From Squalus acanthias (lineage: Eukaryota): a stretch of DNA of 64,000 bases. The translations under genes and the position numbers were made by a program. The notes under the pieces were generated by a model, which worked only from the letters and a program-made list of their open reading frames with translations, was not told where the DNA came from and did not search any database. Of the stretch, positions 1 to 12,260 are shown piece after piece (position 1 is the stretch's first letter; each line of letters starts with the position of its first letter). The stretch covers positions 38,812,001 to 38,876,000 of the forward strand of contig CM059430.1 in the NCBI GenBank assembly GCA_030390025.1, in the 5' to 3' direction.

Positions 1-1935
1 CGCCCATGCGGAGGTGGTGCAGTCTACAGCCGGGCCTTCCAGGCCCAGAGCTGGTCGAAGGCGTCCTGCAAGGCCATCTGAAGTCTCCCGCACGGACACT
101 CAGCAGCTTTCCACCAGCCATGCTGCAGCCATTGGGCCAACACTTCGTAGGAGCACTGGAGTAGGCAAAGGCACTGTAACGAAGGGCCCTAAGGGATTGC
201 ACCAGGGTGAATAGCTAATATTGTTGTAAATATGTGTTCACTGATTATTGATAGATTTATTAATTGGCTTTGGATGATCTTTGGATGATTTTTGTGGTGT
301 CCCTCATTTCAGCTTTGCGCTGTGATATGGCCTGTGACAGGGATGGAATGATGGGGATGTGCTGAGCAACGGGGATCTGGGGTTTAATTTATTGGAACCG
401 CAGTCTGATGAGGCGGTCACGGACCGCCCTTCCAGAAGGCCGATTGACTGGCTGCCTCCTCCCTCGATCCTGTTCCTCCTCCTCACAGTCTTCCTCCTGA
501 GCTGGTCCTGCAATCCCTGCTTGCAAGGGCTGGGCCCTCATGATGGACAAGTTGTGGAGCATGCAGCAGACCACCATGAAATGGGACACCCACTTCGGCA
601 AGTACTGGAGGACTCCTCCCGAGCGGTCAAGGCAGCGGAACCATTGCTTGAGCACCCCAATGGTCTGCTCGATGATGTTCCTGGTTGCAGCATGTGGTTC
701 TCATTATATGAGTGCTGAGCAGGCGTGCTGGGGTTGCGGAGAGGAGTCATGAACCAGGTGGAGAGCAAATAGATAGCCCTTGTCTCCGACCAGCCAGCCA
801 CAAGCTTGATGTGGCTGCTGAAAGAGTGCTGGCACATCGGTCTGGTGCAGGATGAAGACATCGTGGCTGCTGCCAGGATAGCGGGCATTCACATTGAGGA
901 TTCGCTGTCTGTGGTCGCACAGCAACTGCACATGAAGTGAGTGGTAGCCTTAGCGGTTACAGAAGATGTCAGGATTTTTATGCGGTGCCCGCAAAGCCAC
1001 GTGGGTGCAGTCAATGGCGCCCTGCACCATGGGGAAGCCAGCTATCCTGGCAAAGCACACGCACATTCGTCCTGCTTCTCCTACTGTAGAGAGCCTCCGT
1101 GACCTCCCGGATGCAGCGATGGACGGCGAACTGCGAGATGTTCGCTATATCTCCTGTTGCAGACTGGAAGGAACCACTGGCGAAGAAATTGATGGCGACG
1201 GTGACCTTGACTGCCATTGAGAGAGCCGTGGTCGACCTGATCCAAGGCTCAAGGTCTGGTTGCAGACTTCGGTGACCACATCCTTGCTGAAGCGGAGCCT
1301 TCCAATGCACTGCTCCTCGCTTAATTGGAGGTAGAAGTGCTCTTGGAATACCCTCGGAGGGTAAGGCCTCCTGTTGAGAACCCTGATGGCCCTCCTCCTC
1401 CCTCTGGCCACATCTTGAATTTTTCTCACAGTAGATCCTGGAGGGCGAGGGAGAGATCGACTGCCAGTACAGCGCCCATTAATATAATGATGTGTAGCAC
1501 TTTGAAATTTTGTCAGAATAAATGTAACAAATTTTTAGTAGCCACAACACTCCTGATACGAAAGAACCTTTAAATGACTGAATTAAACTCTTGTACAATC
1601 ACAAACTGACAAGGAAGCAGTGAAACAGCACTAACTGGACAGCTGCGACTGATCCCATTAAATAGCGCCCCTGGAGCCGCCATCCGCCTGCTTCACGCCT
1701 CCTCTTCCTGTCGTTGTTGGGGCAAGGCTCTAAGGCAGAGAGCGATAATCAATTTGGCAGATCGGGCACTCAGTGAGCGTCACGATCTGCCTAGCACTAA
1801 AGCCCCAGGCTCCAACTGTTAGTGGCGGCACTAAGGGTTGACTGGATTCGGTGTGCGGCGCTGGATTCGCCTTGCTACTTCATTAGTGCCCCGTTAGCGC
1901 CCCCGTCAGGCGCTAACCAACCGAATTTCTCCCCC
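1..1935. mobile_element. PIF/Harbinger DNA transposon, right part (left end outside window)
   Basis: Frameshifted HARBI1-type transposase on the minus strand converges on the end of a plus-strand ORF (14..214). Terminal sequence ccgaatttctccccc at 1921-1935 (rc GGGGGAGAAATTCGG) resembles the other Harbinger TIRs in the window and is followed by aat. Confidence 0.85.
389..1479 (-). pseudogene. Harbinger DDE transposase (HARBI1-like), disrupted
   Basis: Pieces in shifting frames: VKVTVAINFFASGSFQSATGDIANISQFAVHRCIREVT; GAIDCTHV; QLLCDHRQRILNVNARYPGSSHDVFIL; GWLVGDKGY; LKQWFRCLDRSGGVLQY..VCCMLHNL; ends DRLIRLRFQ*. Likely ATG at 1479. Confidence 0.9.
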
Positions 1936-2370
1936 AATAAGTTATTCTCAAAGTCCACTGGCCTCCATTGTTTTAGACAGTACGGAGTACAGGAACAAGA
2001 GATGAGATAAAGTTTTTATTACAACCTGTCAAACAGGGCTGCAAATTATTAGAATATTGGAGTGACCAAATATGACAAGTTGCACTAAGCTTTCTAAAGG
2101 ATTCCCACTCTTGGGCATCTTTTCTAGTCACCGTCAGCACTTATTTGCACAGCGAAATTTGGATAGGATTGCCAACCCAAGGAACTGAATGTCTAACTGC
2201 AGGAACCATGTAACCCTTACAGAATAGAGGTGGGTAGGTAACAGTCAGTCTTTTGCAACAAAGCCAAACACAATAATTGGCCACCTACATGCCAACTTTG
2301 TCTGCATCTATTCAATTGCTGATTTTTAGATTGAGTTAATATTACCAGCCAAGCGAACGTGGTCACTTTT

Positions 2371-3235
2371 CGTAGAATCATAGAATCTTACAGCACAGAA
2401 AGAGGCCATTCGGACCGTCATGCCTGTGCCACCTCTTTGAAAGAGCTGTCCAATTTAGTCCCACGCCCCAGCGTTTTCCTCATAACCCTGCAAATTAGTC
2501 CTCTTCAAGTACATGTCCAATTCCACCACCCTTTCAGGCAGTGCGTTCCAGATCTTAACAATCCTCTGTGTGAAGAAATTTCTCATTTCCCCTCTAGTTT
2601 TTTTCCCCCAATTATTTTAAAGCTATGACCTCTGGTTACCGACCCACTTGCCAGAGGTAATAGTTTCTCCCTATTTGCTCTATCCAAATCCCTCATAATA
2701 TTGAATACCTTTATTAGGTCTCCCTTCGCTGCTCTAAGGAAAACAATCCCAACTTCTCCAATCTCTCCACATCAGACCTCCTTCATCCCTGGTATCATCC
2801 TGGTAAACCTCCTCTGTACGCTCTTCAAGGCCTTGACATCCTTCCTAAAGTGCGGTGCCCAGAACTGCACACAATACTCCAGCGGAGGCCTAACCAGCGA
2901 TTTGTAAAATAGCATGACTTCCTTGTTTTTGTATTCAATGCCCCTATTTACAAAGCCGAGTAGCCCATACGTTTTCTTAACCGACTTCTCAACTTGCCCT
3001 GCCACCTTCAAAGATTTGTGAATATGCATCCCCGGGTCCCTCTGTTCTTGCACCCCTTCAAAATAGTACCATTTAGCTTATACTGCCTCTCCACGTTGTT
3101 TCTCCCAAAGTTCATCACATCACACGTATCTGCATTAAATTGCATCTGCTATGTGTTTGCCCATTTCACCAATTTGTCTATGTCCTCCTGAAGTCTGCTA
3201 TTTACTACATTGCCAAGTTTTGTATTGTCTTTTTG
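2371..3235 (-). mobile_element. CR1 LINE 3' fragment
   Basis: [27 protein letters not shown] (CR1 ORF2 C-terminus) and a (TTCTATGA)-type tail at about 2371. Confidence 0.9.
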
Positions 3236-3249
3236 ATAATATCTACCAG

Positions 3250-4130
3250 GTTGCTAAAGATATGAAACAGTTGGGCTAAACAGAATTCTCTGAGGGACTG
3301 CTACACAGGTGTTATATTAAGATCAACTTCCATTTATCATTCCATAACATTTGTTTTCTGAGGAACTCATGTATTCAATTCAGCAACTTAACAGATTGCT
3401 GTAAGAGGCTAGTTTCTCAATGAGATGTGGATCTCATTTCTTTTGAATGTTGTGGAAACACCAAGAACAACAATTGACTTTGTTTGGAATCATTGCTGGA
3501 CACAACAGAAAGCATCACAAGTTGTCCATCTTTCTCTAGAAAAGGGGTCACAAAGACATTGGAAACGATCTAAAACCATCTTCCAACAGTACTTGGGATG
3601 TGTTCATAAATCACATACTTCAAAATTGACAGTCATTTTTTGAATCCGGTACATAGTGTGACAATATACTTCCCCATATTTTTGGTTGTCTGATCTTCCC
3701 CGTTATCCAAATCATTCTGGTTTCTGGAAATTGTTGCAGCATGTTTCATTAAACTAGGGCTCCGAGCCACTATCAGTACCTGGATAGGAGTGTGGCTCTG
3801 TGCAGAACTGAATATCATATACGTGATTTAAAGCATGTCAAGTCTGGAACTTCTGGCTGGTAACTAGCTTAACTACAAGTCAGCAAACTTCACACTGGAG
3901 GTGGTTCCAATTAGCACGGTCATACCAAATCTTGCATCTCACGTGCTTTCAAGGTACCCAAGCTGCAGACAGGCATGTTGAGATCTGCCAATCAGTTCTT
4001 TGCTGTGTGCATTCAGGTTATCAGAAGATTGGTCAATGCCAGATCTAACTAGGCATTCTCTCAAGTTAGAGTACAAACAAGCCACTTGGAGATCATTAGT
4101 GATCACAAAATACGAATGCACAAAGGCCAT
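3250..4130 (-). pseudogene. Highly decayed Gypsy-like LTR retrotransposon protease/RT-start remnant
   Basis: With frameshifts the minus strand reads PIQVL.DSGSEPSLM (aspartic protease DSG motif, about 3755-3790), then GEVYCH..MTVNFEVCDL, then MEVDLNITPV.Q.PQRI (start-of-RT-like motif, about 3285-3335). Confidence 0.45.
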
Positions 4131-4146
4131 GGAAATTTATTACTAC

Positions 4147-7100
4147 TCCAACAATAATTTGCATTTATATAGCGCCTTTAATGTAGAAAAACATCCCATG
4201 GCACTACACAGAAACGTAATGACATCAAGTCAAAGGAGGAGATATTAGGTGGGGTGACTAAGAAAGAGTTTTAAGGAGGGACTTAAAGGAGGAAAGGTGG
4301 AAATGCAGAGAAGTTTAGGGAGGGAATTCCAGAGCTTAGGTCCGAGACAGCTGAAGGCTCAGCCACCAATGGTGGGGCGAAAGGAGTGGGAGATGCAAAG
4401 ACCAGAATTGGAGGAACGCAGAGATGTCAGAGGGTTTTAGTACTGGAAGAGGTTGCAGAGATAGACAGGGGGCGAGGCCATGAAGGGATCTGAACACAAG
4501 GATGAGAATTTTAAACCAGATATGCTGGGAGTCTGCGAGCCAATGCAGGTCAGGGAGCACCAGAGTGATGGGCGAGCAGAACTTGTTGAGGGTCAGGATA
4601 CAGGCAGCAGAGTTTTGGATGCTTATGGAGGGTGGAGAATGGTAGAGCGGTCAGGAAAGCACTTTTGGAAGAAAATGGGCGGGGGTGAGACAGGCGATAT
4701 TACGAAGATATTTAGGCAGTCTTTGTGATGCAGAAGATTTGAGGACGGAAGCACAACTCAGAGTCAAATAGAATGCATACTTGATCTAAAGCAGGTCAAG
4801 TCTGGAGCTTCAGACTGAAGTTAGCTTTCCACTACAAGACAGCAAACAAAGCTTCAGCCTGAGACAGTAGCCAGGGAGTGACAATGGAATGGAGTTTGCG
4901 GGATGCCAAAGACAATGACTTTGGTCTTTCCAATGTTGAACTGGAGGAAATTGCGGCTCATCCAAGACTGGATGCTGGACGACCAGGCTGACAGCACAGA
5001 GGTAGTGGAGGGGTAGAGGGAGGTAAAGCTAGGTGTCATCAGCTGTACATGTGGAACCTGATTCCATGTCTTTGGATCATGTCAGCAAGGGGCAGCATGC
5101 AGATGAGGAATAGGAGGGGGCCAAGGATAGATCCTTGAAGGACTCCAGGAGGTAACAATGCAGGGATAGGAAGAGAAGCTACTGCTGGAGCTGCTACAAT
5201 TGATTAGGTAAGAGTGGAATCAAGCGAGAGCAGTGCCACTCAGCTAGAGAATGGAGAAGAGGCATTGGAGGAGGATGGTGGGATCGACATGTAAAAAGGC
5301 TGCAGAAAGGTAGAGATGGCTGAGGAGGGAGAGTGCATCATGTCACAGGGAAAATTATTTGTGACTTTGAGGAGAGCCATTTCAGTGCTGTGGTAGGGGT
5401 GAAACCTGATTTGAGATTCAAACATGGAGTTGCTGGACATATAGGCACAGATTTGGGAGGCAACATGTTCAAGGACCCTGAAGAGAAAAGAGAGGTTGGA
5501 GATGGGGCGGTAGTTTGCAAGGATAGAGGGGTCGAGGGTGGGCATGTGTGCGGTGAGGAGGATGCAGAGAAACTCCAGTATGATTTGGACAGGTTGGGTG
5601 ATTGGGCAGATGCAGTATAATGTGGATAAATGAGAGGTTATCCACTTTGGTGGCAAAAACAGGAAGACAGATTATTATCTGAACGGCAAGATCGGGAAAA
5701 GGGGAAGTGCAACGAGATCTGGGAGTCCTTGTGCACCAGTTGCTGAAGGTAAGCATGCAGGTGCAGCAGGCGGTTAAGAAGGCAAATAGTAAGTTGGCCT
5801 TCATAGCGAGAGGATTTGAGTACAGGAGCAAGGATGTCTTGCTGCAGTTGTACAAGGCCTTGGTGAGACCACACCTTGAGTATTGTGTGCAGTTTTGGTC
5901 GTCTTATCTGAGGAAGGATGTTCTTGCCATGGAGGGAGTGCAGCGAAAATTTACCAGACTGATACCTGGGATGGCAGGAATGACATATGAAGAGAGATTG
6001 GGTCGATTAGGCTTATATTCGCTAGAGTTTAGAAGAATGAGAGGGGATCTCATTGAAACTTATAAAATTCTAACAGGACTAGACAGACTAGATGCAGGAA
6101 GGATGTTCCCAATGGCGGGGGAGTCCAGAACCAGAGGTCACAGTCTAAGGATAAGGGGTAAGCCATTTAGGACTGGGATGAGGAGGAATTTCTTCACCCA
6201 GAGAGTGGTGAACCTGTGGAATTCTCTACCACAGAAGGCAGTTGAGGCCAATTCATTAAATATATTCAAGAAGGAGTTAGATATATTTCTTAAGGCTAAA
6301 GGGATCAAGGGATATGGGGAGAAAGCAGGGACAGGGTACTGAATTTGGATGATCAGTCATGATCTCATTAAATGGCGGAGCAGGCTCGAGGGGCCGAATG
6401 GCCTACTCCTGCTCCTATCTTCTATGCTTCTATGGGAGCAGGTGGCAGTTTTGAAAGGGAGGGTACAGTACCGGAGGAGAGCGAACCATTTATAATGTCA
6501 GCTAGCATGGGGTTCAGGAGGGGAAGTTCGGTGGTCAGCAATTTAGTGGGAATGGGATCAAAAGAGCAGGAGGTGGGTCTCATGGGCAAGATGAGCTCAG
6601 AGAGGGCATATAGGGAGATAAGCTAGAGAAAGACACAGGTCTGGGGCTAGGGCAAGGGGTTACCTTAGGGAAATTTGGCTTGGTAGTAGTTTTGCTTCAC
6701 GTGGTCAAGCCAGATCTGGAGATGGATGGCTAAACCAGTGCTGCACCAGACACGTTCAAGTCTCCGCCCCTTAGACTGAGGGAGCGATGATGGGGGCCAT
6801 ACCACGGGGAACGATCAGGGTGGGAGAGAGCAAGAGTTTTACTGGGGACAAGGGCATCAAACGCAAAGGTGAAGGAGAGATTGAGCAGATCGACAGCTGC
6901 AAATGTATTGTCGTGAATGGAGGGCCAAAGGCTAGACAGTTGGGAGTTTGAAAGCACAGTTGCAAGTGACTAAGAGGAGATTTTTTCTAGGGCAGAAGGA
7001 ACTGGGCTTGGAAGGAGGAAAGTGGATGAGAGTGGTGAGAGATATAAGTGATCAGAAATGGCCTTGTCTGATCGAGACAATGAGAGTAGAGAGGCCACGC

Positions 7101-7310
7101 AAGATGGTACGGTTGAAGGGCTGGCCATGAATATGGATAGGAGAGTATGTAGGGAGAGAACGGTTAAGGGAGGACAAGAGAGCAACGAAATCAGAGGAGA
7201 GAGGACAAGTTGAGTTGAGATGGAGTTTGAAATCATTAAGCATGAAAAGTCATTCAGTGCAAAGGCTGAGGGAGGAAAGGAGTGATAATATATCTGAGAA
7301 ACTCAGTAGT
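4147..7310 (-). mobile_element. L2-clade LINE, degraded, interrupted by a CR1
   Basis: LPDLHWL..FKILILVFRSLHGLAP; PTLDPSILANYRPISNLSFL..HSTEMALLKVTN; IQSWMSRNFLQFNIGKTK; endonuclease-like DFKLHLN near 7230. L2 tail ggcgctatataaatgcaa (rc) at about 4160-4177. Confidence 0.85.
5541..6433 (+). mobile_element. CR1 LINE 3' fragment inserted in the L2
   Basis: ORF 5707..6342 ([35 protein letters not shown]), a 3' hairpin, and a (TTCTATG)n tail. Confidence 0.92.
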
Positions 7311-9749
7311 AGAGGGGCAGCAATTGATGATGTGCTAGCAGATTCCAAGGACGCAGCGGTGGGTGGGGTGAACAGAATGGGAAGGAGGTTGGCACAATTT
7401 GCCCAGTGCACGCTACGCAAGAGAGGAAGATGGGAGAACTGGTGTTGATGCTCATAAGGAGGCAACAACTGGTGCCTTGATGGACCCTTCAGAAAATGCC
7501 CAGAGGGTAGCCGAGAGCTTATCCAAGAGGGATTCAAGCTTGGGACTGCAGCAGGAAGGCAGTGGAATAGTGAAGGGTTTGGGTAGGGATTGGGGGGGGG
7601 GGGGTGGGGCAAAGTGCTCAAGAGAGGAGACATGAAAAGTGGCATGTAAGGGGAGGAGACAGGAGAGAAGGGCCCAAGAGGGGTCAAGAGAAAAAAAAAA
7701 GGGAGATAGATATAATGGGCTCAGGTCCTCAGCAACAACCAAAATGCGCACATGAATGGACAGAGGCAAGGCAGAGATTAGGATAGATATGTCCCTTACT
7801 ACTTCCTAATTCATGGTGATCGTTGAAGGCATTGATCAGAAGAACAGTGCCGTTATAGGTAGATGATTGAATCCAGTTAATTGTGTGTGCCAGGTACATA
7901 ATGGTTAGTAAACTAGCTACAAAAACCTTCCACTCCTTCAAAGTCTTCGCCCCTTGTTTGGAATACATCTATACTAGTCACACAAAGACATTGCTCAGCA
8001 CCTGGTCCACCAAGAATAATCAATACTCGAAGGGGAAATACTTTCAAAAATAATGCATTTTTTAAAGTGACTCCTACCTGACAGGAAATCTTTGCTTTGT
8101 TAGAAATCTGCAAGAATTATGCTTCCAGAGGGTCCATTTTCATCTGGACATTATACTAAACAGGGAAATCAGCATCTTACATAGTCCTGCTCACAAATCG
8201 CAAAGCAACATAAATAAGAAAGTTCAGCACCACCAGCCTTGATTGAAAGTACATCCCCCAGAGTTTTGTTCTCCTTTAATAATGAGTCACATAATCGCTA
8301 GTATGTCACAAATGTCAAAAACTGCAACACCAGAGAGAGATGACAGGTTGGCTTGATGGTCACAAATGTTTATGTAATATAAATTTAAGATCCATGTGCA
8401 TAAGCAGCTGCCAATTAACAAAAGACTCATATTTGAAGCAATTCACAAGGATCACTCTCCAACCCCACATAGACCATTTCTGAAAAGATTCCTCCTTTGT
8501 TGATTACGCTAGTAGGCCTGGGACTGCCTGAATCATTTAGTGGGAGCCAAGGCTTGTTGGCCTTCATAAGACACTTGGAGTGCATTTATACTGAATTGCG
8601 ATGGGTAGCTACAGAATTGATTCCAGCCAGCCAGTATCTGGCTCTGATTCAAACTATCACATCTATGAGAAATCTGTGCATGCCAGCAGTTAAATTTTAA
8701 ATATTGTGAGATGGGCAGGAGCACCTACACTCTCAAAACATTTAAAACTATGACTAAATGTATAAAGTGCGTAGGAGGTCCAAGGAAGCATGAAAACTTT
8801 TAAATCACGTGGGCATCACACTGGAGTTTTACCCCATGCAGTGTGAATTGGCCCCTCTGGGAGTGTTTCATACTGTGTCCTTAATGAGGTACGCGCACAC
8901 CACACATTTCACTTGCTATCAGAATACAAACCTGATACCAATTGTACTCTCCTGGTGATGTACCACTGTGTGGGACCAGTCCAGATGCAAAGCATACAAA
9001 CAAGGTGTACAATATGTTATTACAATCTACATGTACATTTTACATCACTACAGCAATGTGTTGTTACGGAGTTCATTTGTATATTCATTTAATAAGCATA
9101 CAATTTCACTGCACTATATTGTAGTTATTAAATCAACAGTGATATTACAAATAAGTAAAATATTCTGCAAGCAATGTTTTGTACTGCTCTAAGATTCTGG
9201 AATGTTTTCAAATATGGCAAAAAACTTTGTTTCAAATAAAATAATTCAACTTAAATCCCATAATTAATATATTAACATTTTAACTACCGTTTTAAAATGT
9301 TAACGATTGATTAAAGGACTGTAACCTAATTGACATTCAAATGTTTATAAACCGCTCAAGCTTTGCTCTTCAAATTTACATAATATTTAAATCAATTTTA
9401 ATGTTCAATGCAATACATTCCAATTATCATGTGGACAATAGACATAAATTTAACCCTTCAGCAATTACGGTGTAAGTAGACACATATTATACAAAAAGTC
9501 TTGAGATTATTTGCATTGCAATCACTTATCTCAGGATCTAAATGACTGTAAAGCATTCAAGTCTGATGGTTTATATGGTTACCTGAACATCTCAATGAAA
9601 TTGCTTTCTCAATCACTCACTCAATATTTTCATATTTATTACTTAGCTTTTCATTAGATTATTCAATAAACTTGCACTTTTTTAAATCCCTGTATGAAAG
9701 TATTGTCACAAGCATCCTGTTGGTGCATTACCAATATGACACCAAATAT

Positions 9750-9975
9750 GTTACACACCGTCCTAACACAAGACATATATTGCCATTCCTTCATTTTTGC
9801 TGGATTATAATCCTGGAGTTCCCTACTCAACACCGTTATGGGAACACTATCTCCACACGGACTGCAGTGGATCAAAACGGCTGTGGTCCACTACCACCTT
9901 CTTTGGGCAACTAGGGAAAGGCAATAAATGTGGCTTTGCCAGCATCTCTCCTATCCCATGAACAAATAATGAAAA
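9750..9975 (+). mobile_element. Old 3' fragment of the second LINE family (family B)
   Basis: Diverged match to the 3' end at about 32470-32690 (aatcctgga..gggcaactaggga..ggcaataaatg). Confidence 0.7.
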
Positions 9976-10519
9976 AGGAGTGGGAAAAATTTCTAGCCCA
10001 AATTTTTCATTTACAATAAGGAATCATGCCTGCCAACAGCAGCATATCGGAAAATTACAGGTAGTATCTGCAATTTTCCATCCCTTGAAATCAATAGATG
10101 GAAAATCATGGGCACAATATAGTGAGCTCAAGATATTCCCATTTTAAGAGTTCGGATGAGGGTTAGGAATCACCCAACTGTCCATTTTGCTTTTACAGCT
10201 CATGAGCAAATGTCTTTGCTGAAGTGTATGTCAACGTACCTTGAAATTACACTAGGTGTAATTACACTAGGCCAAATGCCTTACATGCATGCTATAACAA
10301 AATAGGAAGGGATTAATTACAGATGTGCAAGGTGGGATATCCTGGATTAGTTTCCGCTGTTGATGTGCCGGTGGCCAATTACACATCCGTTTCGTCCCCC
10401 CATACAATGTGCAATTGACACAGCTCTTGCTGTAGTGTAGGTGTAAAGCAGCAACTCATTTTCTGGGTGGGGGGGGAAGTAACTCGAGTTTTTTTTTAAA
10501 AAGGGATGCAGCACAGGTG

Positions 10520-12260
10520 GTGTGCCCAGAGCCTTGTACTTGGCACGCCAGCCGCTCGAACGGACAGCATCTCACCCGGGCCGCTCGCGGCACCACGTTC
10601 TGAGCACGCCAGCTGATTTAAATTCAACTGTCCTTCCAGCGCGCGAGCAGAATCGCAACCGCCTTTTTTTTTTGGTGGGGCGCTACCAGGATTCCAGAAT
10701 CAGAACGTGCCAGCACCTGGGCTTCGCGCCTCCAGCTCCGCCCTGCCCGCGTGCGGTCAGGCATGCGTGCGGTTCTCCACAGCGCCCCTGCCAGCGGGCG
10801 GGTGCGCGCGCTCGCTCACTCTCTCTCTTTCTCCCAGCCGCCTCGAGGCTCGAGCCTCCTCCAAGCGGGCATCAGCGAAGAGAATGGCGTTGCACGCGCG
10901 GAAAAGTCCGTTTCTGCAACCGTTCCCGCTTTTTTTTCCCTCCCTCCACCTCCCACAAAAAAAGTAAAAGAAATAATATATTTTTTATATATATTTTTTT
11001 TTAAAAGGCTCACCTTTAACAGCCCGAGGCTTAGATTGTTTGCGTCTGGACATGTCCAGTTCTTGACTCTGCTGGAAAAAGCTGCTCTCTGGGCGCCGCT
11101 GTCCGGGGCACTGACTGGAGCTCCAAACATCAATCTGCTCCGTGGACTCTCCTCTCTCTCGCTTTCTCTCTCTCTCTCTCTTCCTCCTCCTGCCCGTTGC
11201 AATGCGGCAACTTCAACCTCTCGGAGTGGACTACGCGTGACGTCTCCCTCGTACTTTTTTTTTGTTTCGCGATGGTGCTAAAACTAGATTTCAGTCAAGT
11301 ATTGTTTTTTTTCCTCCTCTCCGAGACACACACACACACACACACGCAACTTCTTTGCAACTGGTGGATTTGGATGCAGGATCCAGCCAGCCCACACCAA
11401 GACAAGTGATTATTTACGGGACTCGGCAGGGAGGAGGAGGAGGAGGGCTTTTTTTTTGCACAAGGCTATAGTCGATAAAATGTGCCGCTGCCCCCTTCTA
11501 TTGTTGCACGAAATCCAGTTTCATTAACCTCCACCTTCCGAGCAACCCAGCCAACAGCGACCTCAAGGACTCGAGCGAAGACGCGGAATATTCTCAACAG
11601 CAACAACAAAAAAGAAACGAGAAAAGTGAACAAAACAAAACAAAATAACCGTGAATCTGACGCTTTTAACTCTCAACAACAAACTTGGCGAACGGGATCA
11701 CCTGTTTAGCCAGAAATTTACTGACGGTGCGAGGCGCCCCTTGTTTTTCTTGCCCTGAAAGTGGCCCGATCCTCTTTGACTTGCACACATAGAAAGGATA
11801 ATGTGGCCGTTTCTCCCGGGCTGCTGTTGAAAGGAGCACGGCAGCGGCCGGCACGCTGTCACGGTGTACAGGAGATGTTCAGCAGGGTGCTGGTGGTGGT
11901 GGGTAGCAGCGGGAGGAGGTTTCTGCCATGACCGCCGTCCGGCTCCCCCGCTCGGCAGCAGAGCCAGCTCTTTGTGGTGGTGGAAGCGGAGCTGGCTGCC
12001 GAGGAACTGCGTTAGCGCGCAGTGCAGACACATAATAAGCTGGGAAATTCAAGTAAGGCCCAAACCCATCAGGACCTCTCCACGGGGGAGCTTTCCCGCA
12101 GGGAGACGCGCCACACGTAATCACGGAGGAAATCGCTGTCCAAGTGCAGAGCACGCATGGTGAATAATGAAAAATCTGAGTGCGCGATCGTGCCAAAAGC
12201 CTGGAGCCCTGGACAAGCCTGGATCGGACTGCACACACAATGCCGCTTTCATTGTGCCTC
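10520..12260. promoter_or_regulatory. CpG island / promoter and 5' region of the ZNF423/521-like gene
   Basis: Sharp rise in GC and CpG relative to AT-rich flanks. CRE-like GTGACGTC at about 11237-11244, (CT)n and (CA)n tracts. Surrounds the first coding exon. Confidence 0.8.
11014..11053 (-). CDS. First coding exon of a ZNF423/ZNF521-family zinc-finger transcription factor (MSRRKQSKPRAVK, phase-1 intron)
   Basis: Minus strand reads ctggac ATG TCC AGA CGC AAA CAA TCT AAG CCT CGG GCT GTT AAA G|gtgag. This is the N-terminal MSRRKQxxP NuRD/RBBP4-binding motif with a canonical donor inside a CpG island. The rest of the gene lies toward lower coordinates, probably outside the window. Confidence 0.85.

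Noticed and set aside
389-1479. Domesticated HARBI1 gene
   Set aside because: Multiple frameshifts and stops, with an adjacent TIR and convergent partner ORF, indicate a transposon copy.
11014-11053. Calling the exon ZFPM2/FOG2, SALL or BCL11
   Set aside because: FOG continues PRQIKR, SALL PQH and BCL11 GxPQH. PRAVK plus a G-starting codon fits ZNF423/521 better, but the exon is too short to assign a symbol.
10522-12238. Several 100-176 aa ORFs in the CpG island
   Set aside because: Low-complexity translations of GC-rich and microsatellite sequence with no domains. The real coding part is the 40-bp exon.
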